64,000 bases of DNA from positions 61,814,001 to 61,878,000 of the forward strand of contig CM059430.1 of NCBI GenBank assembly GCA_030390025.1, written 5' to 3'. The position numbers and the translations under genes are program-made. The notes below the pieces were generated by a model. It ran no database searches and was not told where the DNA came from. It saw only the letters and a program-made list of their open reading frames with translations. The stretch's first letter is position 1, and every line of letters starts with the position of its first letter. Below are positions 54,274-64,000 of this stretch, piece after piece. This DNA is from Squalus acanthias. Its lineage: Eukaryota.

Positions 54274-56991
54274 AATATTTTGTTGTAAATATGTGTTCAC
54301 TGATTATTGATAAATTTATTAATTCAGTTTGGATTCTTTTGTGGTGTCTCTCATTTTAGGTTTGCGCTGTGATATGGCCTGCAACAGGGATGGAATGTTG
54401 GGGATGTGCTGAGCAACGAGAATCTGGTATTAAATTAATTTACTTTCTGATGAGGTGGTCACGGACCACCCTTCCAGAAGGGCGATTGAGTGGCTGCCTC
54501 CTCCGTTGCTCCTGTTCCTCCTCCTCCTCGGCTTCCTCTTCCTCCTCATCCTAGTCTTCCTCCTCCTCTCCATCTTCCTCCTCCTGAGGTGGTCTCACAA
54601 TCCCTGGTGGCAGGTCTGAGTCCTCATGATGGCCAAGTTGTGGATCATGCAGCAGGCCACCACAAAATGGAACACCCACTCAGCCGAGTACTGGAGGGCT
54701 CCTCCCAAGCAGTCAAGGCTGCAGAACTGCTCCTTGAGCCCCCCGATGGTCTGCTCGATTATGTTCCTGGTGGCAGCATGGCTCTGATTATGTGATTGCT
54801 GAGCAGAAATGTTGGGGTTGTGGAGCGGGATTATGGGCCCAGTGGAGAGAGGATAGCCCTTGTCTCCGTCCAGCCAGCCATGAGCTTGATGTGGTGGCTG
54901 GAAGAATGTTGTCGCAGTATGAAGGCATTGTGGCTGCTGCCAGGATAGCAGACATTGACATTGAGGATTCACTGTCTGTGGTCATGCAACAACTGCACAT
55001 TAAGTGAGTGGTAGCCTTTGCGGTTTCAGAAGATCTCAGGATTGTTATGCGGTGTCTGCACAGCCACGTGGTGCAGTCAATGGCGCCCTGCACAATGGGG
55101 AATCCCACTATCCTGATGAAACCACATGCACGCTCGTCCTGCTTCTCTCTGGTGATGGGGAAGGAAATGTAGTCCCTTCTCCTACTGTAGAGAGCCCCTG
55201 TGATATCCCGGATGCAGTGATGGATGGCAATATGCGAGATGTTAGTTTTGTCTCCTGTTGCAGACTGGAAGGATCCACAGGTGAAGAAATTGAGGGTGAC
55301 GGTGACCTTGATGGTCATTGAGAGAGCCGTGGTCACCATGATCTGAGGCTGGAGCTCAGGGGTGGCAGAGTTCTGTGACCTCCTCCTTGGGGAAGCGAAG
55401 CCTTCCAATGCACTGCTCTTTACTTAATTGGAGCTAGGAGGAGTTCTCTTGGAATACCTTCAGAGGGATAGGCCTCCTGTTTTGAGCCCTGATGCCCCTC
55501 CTCTTCCCTCTGGCCACATGTTCCAGTCTTTCTTGCTGCCTCCGCTCCCTCCACTTTAGATCCTGGAGGGCAAGGTCGACTGCGAGTAGAGCCCCATTAA
55601 TGTAACCAAGTGTAGCAGTTATATTTTTTAAGATTCAATGAGCTACTTTTTAGTTGCCACAACACTCTTTATACGAAATAACCTTGAAATCACACTAACC
55701 TACAGCTGTGACTCATTACTGATAACTGCTTTAAATAACGTCCCTGGAGCCAGATTCCTGGTGCTTCGCACCAGCTCTCCCTGTCGCTGTATCCTCCAGG
55801 TGCTAAGGTAAGTGGCGACAATCAATTTTGCAGATTGGGAAGTCATTGAGCGTTGCACACTCACTGGCATCACAATCCATCTAGCGTTGATGTTCCCGGC
55901 AATAACTTTTAGCTGCGGCACTGCGGGGGAGGGGGGTAGTTTTGTGTGTGTTGCTGGATTTGCCTCGCCCCAGTAATAATGGTCTAGCATCTCATTAGCG
56001 CCATCTGCTGCCGCTAACAGGAGGCGCCCTAAATCTCTGAATTGCTACATCCGCCTCAAAGACGCAGCCTCAACGCACTTTGAGTACCCAAAGCCTGGGG
56101 CATAAATTTAAAACTCTCATTTACATGATGCATAACCAAAACACAGACAAATTAATTTGGTGCTGCGCTCTTTGTGGCCACTCACTGTTGTGCCATTGGC
56201 TCAAGCAAATCTTCGTCACCAACCTGTTAAAATTTCCTTGCTGGGCTCCAAGCTGGGTTTCCAAATGTAGTGGGCAACTTGCCCTGGAGGGGTGGGCAGA
56301 AAATGGTTGCTGGTGCAGAACTGTGGCTAATTGAAACATTACACCAATAATTTCAGAAGAAAGGATATCGATGTTTGATAATAAAACACCCAAAGATGGG
56401 AATTTTGTTTAAGGTTCATCTTCCAGATTTTTGCCGTGGTGAAATGACCGGTCCTGGGGCGCACCGGTCAGGAAAATAGGGACAATGACCAATTACACAG
56501 GGCCTGATCCCCATTATTTGCGCTGGGATCTAGGGACAGCAGTAGCAGCAGCCCGACCTATTCATGGAGATTAGGTGGAAGAGGGAGCTCCAGGTCTCCG
56601 TCCCATTTTCAAAACGAAGAATTTTCAATATCTAGATGCAGGGATGTCACATGTAGATGGTGTTAAATTTGCGCCGGGTCTGCCTGTTCTCCTCCGACTA
56701 GATGACTGGAAAAGGCGTAGCATCAAAACAAACAGAACACTAAATGTGAAGTTGTATCCTTTTTCCAAGTTACTAAACCATTCTCTGGGCTTGGGAGCCT
56801 GCTGCCTGCTGCTTTCAAACCCCTACGGCCCGGGTCCTCAATCAAATTTCCTCCCTTTCTAACGGGGCACTAGACCCTGCCACAGAGTTGGCATACACTG
56901 GGAGCGTCCCCTGACCATGGTATTGTAACTGACAAAAAAGTACGCTACTCCTGGACCTGAGCAGACTGAGTGCACTTAGTGCCTAGACAAT

Positions 56992-57754
56992 GGCCAGAAA
57001 TTGGAGTTCGATGGTTGCCGCGGGGGTAAGGATCCCCCGCGATATCGCACTCCGCGCCCACCTTTATGGTTTTGGCCCACACGTACTTCAGTTCCTGGGC
57101 CTCTCCCTGGTGCCGGCGTACAGTGTGTGCGTGTCCCAGAGGCGCAGTTAGTGCGATGTGAGCTCTGGGATCACATGGGCCAGTTAGAGCCAATGGCAGC
57201 ACACCATCTTTCATTCAAAGTTTTGACAGCAAGAGCTGTCAAAACTATGAATACAACAAGCCCCCAAAAGAACAGCTAAACCACAATTAAATTAAAAAAA
57301 AGCCATCACATTAATAAAATAACTATAGTTAAATAAATTAACCACTTTAAACAAAAATTTTAATTTTTGAAAAAATTTAAATTCTTTTTAAAAGTTATAA
57401 AAATAAACTTATGTTTCTTTAAAGTCTCTAAAAAAGATAAACCTGTTGAAAAAAAATTAAAATAATACTTCATTAATTACTTACCTTGTTAAAAGGGGGT
57501 CTTACGCCTGCTTTCTTTATGTGTAAAATCTTCAACACTTACCTGCGGGTTCAAACCTGAAAAAAAAACTAAGTGTGCTGCGTGCGCACAACCTGTAGCG
57601 CGGATGTGGTTCACTTAGGAACCGCCCCCTTTGCCATACACGAAGTGCCGGTTTCCTGCTCATGCGCAGTGCATGCAGCAAACCGGCACTTCGGGACCTA
57701 ATACGCGAGAGTACACAGTGCGTACTCTCCCGCATCAGGTCTAATTTTCGGGCC
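56992..57754 (+). mobile_element. Harbinger-type MITE
   Basis: aat|ggccagaaatt...aattttcgggcc|aat; collinear with 22306-23050. Confidence 0.88.
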
Positions 57755-57961
57755 AATGGATTTCGGTAGAAATTCTGCGCCAACTTTCACTTGGGAGTAC
57801 TACATGTTGACAGGTTTTTATGTCCCAGTCTGATGTAAGTCAACTGGAAAAGTGCACAAACGAGTTATCCTCGTCTGAAATAGATTTGAAATGTGCTCAG
57901 CTCAACACAAAATTATCACATTACACTTAAAATATCAATAGGATGAATGTTATAAAATTAC

Positions 57962-58002
57962 AGACTTGTCACAATTGATTGCTTCATCTTTTCTCTCTCT
58001 GC
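57962..58002 (-). CDS. Gene 2 cytoplasmic exon 1
   Basis: tattttactag|(C)RERKDEAINCDKS|gtaatt, 41 nt, phase 1-0, positional homolog of 6171-6214. Confidence 0.6.
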
Positions 58003-58257
58003 CTAGTAAAATACAAAATTCAAAGCTTCATTGTGAATGATGCACGATATGATTCAGCAAGTATGGCGGATGCCAATTTGCAGTGAGGGCAAAGTCGAAA
58101 AAATCATAACATTCCGCAACCTGGATTTTCGCCGTGGGATGCTAGTTGACCAATACTAATGCGAAATTGCATTCTACGAAAAATAAACAGTCTGACACTT
58201 CTGCCAAAAAAAGGGAGAAGAATTTCTGATATGTTCAACCCCTTGTATATTTAAAAA

Positions 58258-58732
58258 TGAGAAGTCGCACAACACCAGGTTATAGTCCAACAGATTTATT
58301 TAAAATTACAAGCTTTCGGAGCTATCGCTCCTTCTTCAGGTAGGGTAGCTGTGAGAGAATCTCCCAGAATTCACAATATAAACACAGAAAAAATGTATTC
58401 AAATCTTTCCCTACATCAAAGACACACTAAGAGCACAGCCAAGACAATGAGATGTGTCCCAGGGGGGCCAACGTGTCAAAACACCTGCTGGCTGCATATC
58501 CTCTGCAGTTGAGTTTGGTTCTTGTGTTAGTTTTTTTTTAAAAACCTGGAAAGACCGGCCATGATGTCAAGTCACGTTCTGTATCGTGACATGAACCCGA
58601 TATCGCGATTGAGGCCATCCTCATGAGTGCGGAACTTGGCTATCAGTTTCTGCTCTATGATTTTGCGCTGTCGTGTATCCCGAAGGCCGCCTTGGAGAAC
58701 GCTTACCCGCAGATCCGAGGCTGAATGCCCCT
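58258..58732 (-). mobile_element. Penelope-like element 3' end (GIY-YIG C-terminus plus terminal region with hammerhead-like core)
   Basis: Reads GHSASDLRVSVLQGGLRDTRQRKIIEQKLIAKFRTHEDGLNRDIGF...*; CTGAAGA-a-ggagc-gata-gctcc-GAAA at ~58313-58339. Confidence 0.75.
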
Positions 58733-59012
58733 AAGCATGTGGAGATCAGAGAGAAGTTTTTCGGATCGGGGTGGGGTGATAGCGCAGCGGGACCACAATC
58801 CATCTTCATGTTCATACCATTCTAAGATAAATGCTGCATTTCAGGACCACAGACCGATTTCAAAATTCAACAACCAACCTGAGCTCTATTCACGCGTCAA
58901 CAAAGCTTCTGACCAGTAAATTATAGCGTGGAACAATCCTCTCTCCATGCTGACCAGCTTTTTCTATTCGTTTTAATTTGTATTTAAATTAAACAGTCTG
59001 GTGATAACTTAC

Positions 59013-59132
59013 ATTTACAGTTACTGAATCTGAACGACATTCCAATGATAATCACCAGCACCAGAAACGTCAATGCAAAGCCTGCACATCCAAAGATCCG
59101 TACATAAGGCGAGGGCGAAGCATTGTCACTAC
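59013..59132 (-). CDS. Gene 2 transmembrane exon
   Basis: tcgcag|(G)SDNASPSPYVRIFGCAGFALTFLVLVIIIGMSFRFSNCK|gtaag, 120 nt. Shares IFGCAG with the gene 1 TM. Confidence 0.85.
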
Positions 59133-60512
59133 CTGCGAGATAAAAATAACATACACATATGGAGCTGTGCATTGTTGAGGATGCCGTCGGCAGTCAGAGC
59201 CCTAAATGGAACCTGATATTTGAACAATTGTTTACAGCAGTTGAGCATGGGTAATCAAATTGTTAACTGATGGAAGTTGTTTTATCGCTATTTAAAACTG
59301 AACGAAACAGATGGCAGACATTATCGCCCGGCGGAAAACGGGCTAATAGAACAGAAAATCGCGCGAGGAGTGAAAAACCGGCTGCTGATTCGCTATCGGC
59401 CATTTTGCGCTATCGCTGAAGACCAATTTCATTCCCACATGATTCTGGAAGGCTGACCGATCTTTAGTTTCTGTATCTGTTTTTCACTCTGCGGGACAAG
59501 AGTATTTTCTGCTGATAAGAATAAAACTTAATTTTTAGTTTTAAGTAGTTAATTCATTCAATTAACAATTGCCCTCGTCACTATGTGAGATTGTGTCGTA
59601 ACTTCTTTTACGAAGGCTTCCTCTGTTAGGTACGTCTCAGCATGTTGCATTTCTCTGCAGAATTATGTTTGTCAAATTTCTCCCGCCGCTCGTTTGTCTC
59701 ATCAACGCTCCATTCTTTCCAAACCAAATGATTGCCACTATTTCAAGCTAAGAATAAATATGCAGCTAGAATTCGGAACACCACATAACTTTGGTTTGTA
59801 TCTGTTTCCCATTCCCTAGCAATATATTTGCCATAGAGCGATCAGCGGAATTCTTCCTCATTTGACACTGCAGAGTAAAGAATTTCAACAATCACGCCAC
59901 CGACTTTTTCTAGGACAAAATAAGCTACTGAGCGTTTCGACCATGTGGCGCTAGATCAGCGATTATTTGATTTGAGATGGGCAACTGACTGATAGTGAGG
60001 GCAGTTTGAACGAAGAGTCAATATTAATGAATAAACATGGCCTGATGTAAAAAGAATAATTTTGTACCGAACTGTTTTCCGGGTTGCAATATTTACTGAA
60101 TTGAAGGGGTGTACGTGCATTGGGAGAACTTTCAACTTCAGTAGGTGTATAAAAACAAATGGAAAGGAAAATCTGGCGATGTGTATAACGGGGCCGATCC
60201 TTTTCCGCCAATTTTACGCCCCACCGAAGTTGAAATTTCCGCCCACTTGCAACCATACCGGAGGAGGTTGTTGGTCAAAAACTGGAAATCTAAGTGCTCT
60301 GGAAATCAACATTAAATTGTAATATTTTTAATATTGATCGGATTTTACAAAAATATCATGTAGTGGATAATTTCCACTGTTCCCTATTTGCAGCTAAATT
60401 TCTTACACATTTCCCTTTCAATAATCAAAAAAGAAAATCTTCCCCTGTTTGGCAATGAAGCACTCACACATTACTGGCAGACGTTTGTTTTTTAAGCAAA
60501 GTGACATCTTAC

Positions 60513-60823
60513 CTGAGTTAGAATTTCGAACCAAGTAAATTGCCATGGCTGGAAACTGGAAGGGTCACGTGAGAAACCAGACAGACGTAAACAGGCCCTC
60601 CTGGACAGGCTGTGTCTCTTCAAAATAGCTGGAAGCTTCATACATCCCGGCTCTGCTGAGCTGTTTAGTAGTATGTATTCCGGTTTCAATGCGTCGATTA
60701 TTTTTGTTCCAAGTGACTGCCAGTCCCTCTGGGTAAAATGAAGCCATTTCACACACGAGAGCCAAAGAACCGAATACATTACTTTCAGATGGGTTGGAAA
60801 CAATCTCAGGGGAATTGGAGGAG
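60513..60823 (-). pseudogene. Gene 2 Ig C1 exon with three frameshifts
   Basis: caccag|PPIPL / IVSNPSE...LVCEMASFYPEGLAVTW...YEASSYFEETQPVQ / VYVCLVSHVTL / QFPAMAIYLVRNSNS|gtaag. Length 311 nt is not a multiple of 3. Confidence 0.85.
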
Positions 60824-62162
60824 CTGGTGACAGGTCGAAGAAGAAAGTTAAATATCTGGTCTATTCTGGAATTTCTGAAGTCGAATAGATAGGACTTCAG
60901 ATCGGCTACAACAGTATCAGAGAACTATAAATCTGTTTGTTTATGGTATAGCGAAAACATTAAATTTTAATTATTGTAGATTATAGAATCATAGAAGGGT
61001 ACAGCACAGAAGGAGGCTACTCAGCCCATCGTACTTGAGCCGTCTCTTTGGAAGTGCTGTCCAATTAGTCCCAAACCCTGCTCTTTCCGCAAAATCCTGC
61101 AAATGTTCTCCTTCAAGCATTTAACCAATTCCCTTTTGAACGTTGCTATTGAACCTATTTCGTCCACCCTTTCAGGCAGTGCATTCCAGATCATAACAAC
61201 TCGCTTCGTATTTTTCCCCTCATGTTGCGTCTGGTTCTTTTGCCCATTATGTTCACAATTTATATAGCTCCCTCTATAAAACCTCGAAACCTAACTTTGC
61301 AGTGTTACCTCGTTATTGACAAAAATTTGAACGCGTTGGTGAAGCATTTCCCTGGTCTCTGTAGTGAATAGAAGATGCGTTTGTGAAGGCCTTCTATGCC
61401 TATTATTCCCGACCCAACCAAACCTTCAGAATGCGCTCATACATTGTCGCTACCTACAGTGAGCAGAGGAAGCGCAACCCCACACCCATCGCCCGTCTTG
61501 TTATGGAGGTGACCCCGAGAAACATAGAAACCTAGAAGATAGGAGCAGGAGTAGGCCATTCGGCCCCTCGAGCCCTGCTCCGCCATTTAATGAGATCATG
61601 GCTCGTCATCCAAATTCAGTACCCTGTCCCTGCTTTCTCCCCATATCCCTTGATCCCTTAGCCTTAAGAAATATATCTAACTCCTTCTTGATATATTTAA
61701 TGAATTGGCCTCAACTGCCTTCTGTGGTAGAGAAATAGAAATAGAATATAAGCAGCGGCGGCATAGCTTCTTAGACGGATTTCTCACAATTAGCCCCGAC
61801 CACGAAATTAATTCTATTTCCAGCCACGACGTTTTTTATTCGTATTACTTGTATGTTTTACAATAAACGTACAACATCACAATCAGGGATATTAACTAAA
61901 GGCGAACCTTCCTCTTCACGGGTTACTTCGGCGTGAGAGAAACATTTGTACCTGGAAAGTAAGAACTGTGGCGAATGGAGTTTGCACAACTCAGGGACAC
62001 ATTCACGACATTCTTTATCGATGACATATTCGTTTTTGAAGGGATTTGAGGAGATAAAAAATCTTTGCTTCGTCGACCAGAGGCTGAGAGAAGCTATTGA
62101 CTGAAGAACAGGAAATACAGCCAGGCTTCCGATACACTGATCTCTCAGTCCTAGAGAACACA

Positions 62163-62600
62163 GTGTCAGCCGTGGCTCAGTGGTAGCACTTTTGCCTCCT
62201 AGTAAGAACTTCCTGAGTTCTAAGCTCTACTCCAGAGATTTCAGGGCATAATCAAGGCTGACCCTTCAGTGCATTGCGGAGGAAGTTGCGCACTGTCGAA
62301 GGGATGTTTGGATAAGATATTAAACCTCGGCCCCTCTGCCCTCTCAGGCGAACATAAAATATCCCACGGCACTATTCGAAGAAGTGCATTGAAATTGTCC
62401 CGGTGTCCTAGCCAATATTTATCCCTCAAGCACCATCATTAATGATCTAGTCAATATCCCATTGTCGGACATTGCTGTGTGCACATTGGCTGCCACGTTT
62501 CCCTACATTAAAACAGTGACTACATTTCAAAAGCATTCCAACTACATTGTAAAACGCTTTGGGACACCAAATGCGCTACATAAGTACAAGTTATTTCTTA
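62163..62600 (+). mobile_element. Deu-domain SINE
   Basis: gtgtcagccgtggctcagtggtagcac head; homologous to 52853-53318. Confidence 0.78.
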
Positions 62601-63102
62601 TTTATCGCAGCAAGAGCGGGGACACAACATTTAAAAATAATCACGTGGATTAACTTCTGTGTGCATGTTATAATTGAAATTAGACTTTATACTCGATAAC
62701 AACACGCTTAGTGTGATAGTTTAGATGGTCATCTAACTGCAGTTTTAAACTGTTCAGGATATATTCAAATAAGGCTAATCAAAATGATATTTATACTGAA
62801 AACCTTTCAAGTTATCACAATTTGTATTCGCACCTGTATGGCATGACAACGCTTCATGCGCAAGCTTAGAAGCATGAAATGGCATAACTAATTATTAATA
62901 AAACGATCAAGATGGTTTAAAAAACCAGCACACAGATCTACAGGTGTTGTATTTTATAACTTGAATCTCTGTAATTGAAGCATTTGATTTCTAATGTAAT
63001 TTTTAAAGCAACACGAGAGAGAATGGGGAATGCCATACTTGATTATTTATTTTGAATAACTGTGAGACTATACCGCCGATAAGCTCTTTACAATGTTCTT
63101 AC

Positions 63103-63352
63103 CACTGACGACAAGGTTAGTTCCGCTTCCATTTGCTTTCCTGTTTCCCCGATGTGTCACTCCACAGTGATAAACTCCAGTGTCCTGGAAACTGATATTC
63201 CGAAGCTGGAAGGAGGCTCTTGCTTTCTCAGTAAGAAATCGTTTCCTGGTGTCTGAGCCTGGTTTTATCAATTCATTCTCGCCAAGTTTCCACCAATAAA
63301 TATTCACAACTGAATCGTCTTGCAAAATAGGAAATGTGCAATAGAAGACATC
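63103..63352 (-). pseudogene. Gene 2 VJ-type Ig V exon (3' part), split by a MITE
   Basis: Encodes DVFYCTFPILQDDSVVNIYWWKLGENE...RKRF...ASFQLRNISFQDTGVYHCGVTHRGNRKANGSGTNLVVS, donor gtaag. Both Cys, the Trp and a J-like GSGTNLVV are present. The N-terminal side abuts a MITE TIR. Confidence 0.88.
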
Positions 63353-64000
63353 GGGCCAAAAATTGATGCCGCTACGCGAGAGTACGCACTGCGTACTCTC
63401 GCGTATTCTCTCTCCAATTGCCGGTTTTCTGCATGCACTGCGCATGCGCTGAAAACCGGCACTTGGTCTTTGGAAAAGGGGGCGGTTCCTCGGTGCACCG
63501 CGTGCGCGCTACAGGCTGCGCGCACGCTGTGCACTTAGTGCGTTGGACGCGCAGGTAAGGACAGAAGATTTTAGAAATGAAAAAAGGAGGAGTAAGACCC
63601 ACTTTTAACAAGGTAAGTAGTGAATTAAGTATTATTTTGAATTTTTTTTAACAGGTATATCTTTTTTAGAGACTTTAAAGACAGGTAAGTTTATTTTTAT
63701 AACTTTTTAAAAGATTTAAAATTTTTTCAAAAATTTAATTTTTTATTTAAAATGGTTAATTTATTTAACTATACTTATTTTATTAATGTGATGGTTTTTT
63801 TTTAAATTTAATTGAGGTTTAGCTGTTATTTTGGGGGGGTGTAAGATTCATAGCTTTCACAGCACGTATGTGAAACTTATGAATGGAAGATGGTGTGCTG
63901 CCATTGGCTCTAACTGAGTCACGTGATCCCACAGCTCGCACGAATTCACTACGCCGGTGGGATACGCAAGCACTGCCCAGCTGATGTCTGGAACATCAAG
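63353..64000 (-). mobile_element. Harbinger-type MITE inserted in the gene 2 V exon (runs off the window)
   Basis: Begins gggccaaaaattg; reverse complement of 56992-57754. Confidence 0.88.

Larger units (their letters stand above)
51109..56052. mobile_element. Decayed autonomous PIF/Harbinger transposon 2, inside a gene 2 intron
   Basis: Collinear with 37773-41880. Myb gene starts at 51468 (MADPRPRERARRFSDQAL). Transposase on minus ~54440-55600 (GFPIVQGAIDCT, GWLDGDKGYPL, TRNIIEQTIG, CCMIHNL). Confidence 0.9.

Noticed and set aside
58484-58546. AG/GT-bounded candidate cytoplasmic exon of gene 2
   Set aside because: Immediate stop in phase 1 and lies within the Penelope-like element; 57962-58002 fits better.
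63163-63201. Perfect RSS heptamer CACAGTG inside the gene 2 V exon (YHC codons)
   Set aside because: No ACAAAAACC-like nonamer at 12- or 23-bp spacing; no evidence of rearranging segments.

Overview
Repeat-rich vertebrate genomic DNA. The repeat content (CR1 LINEs, Deu-domain tRNA SINEs, Penelope-like ends) suggests a cartilaginous fish; this is inference. Two paralogous, tail-to-tail Ig-superfamily receptor genes, largely missed by the ORF track, can be rebuilt exon by exon. Gene 1 (+, 290-8685, 5' part upstream of the window) has C1, a half-V remnant, a second C1, an uncharged TM and four cytoplasmic exons carrying ITIM/ITSM-like tyrosines, so it is SIRP-alpha-like. Its second C1 comes from a recent ~3.3 kb intragenic tandem duplication. 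Gene 2 (-, 50670-63352, continuing past the window) has VJ-type V, C1, TM and an ITIM tail but looks disabled: a Harbinger-type MITE splits the V exon, C1 has three frameshifts, and a TAA replaces the distal Tyr. The rest is mostly transposons: a full-length CR1 broken by nested insertions, two decayed autonomous PIF/Harbinger elements with a MITE family, a ~1.5 kb-arm inverted duplication, and Penelope-like ends with hammerhead-like motifs.
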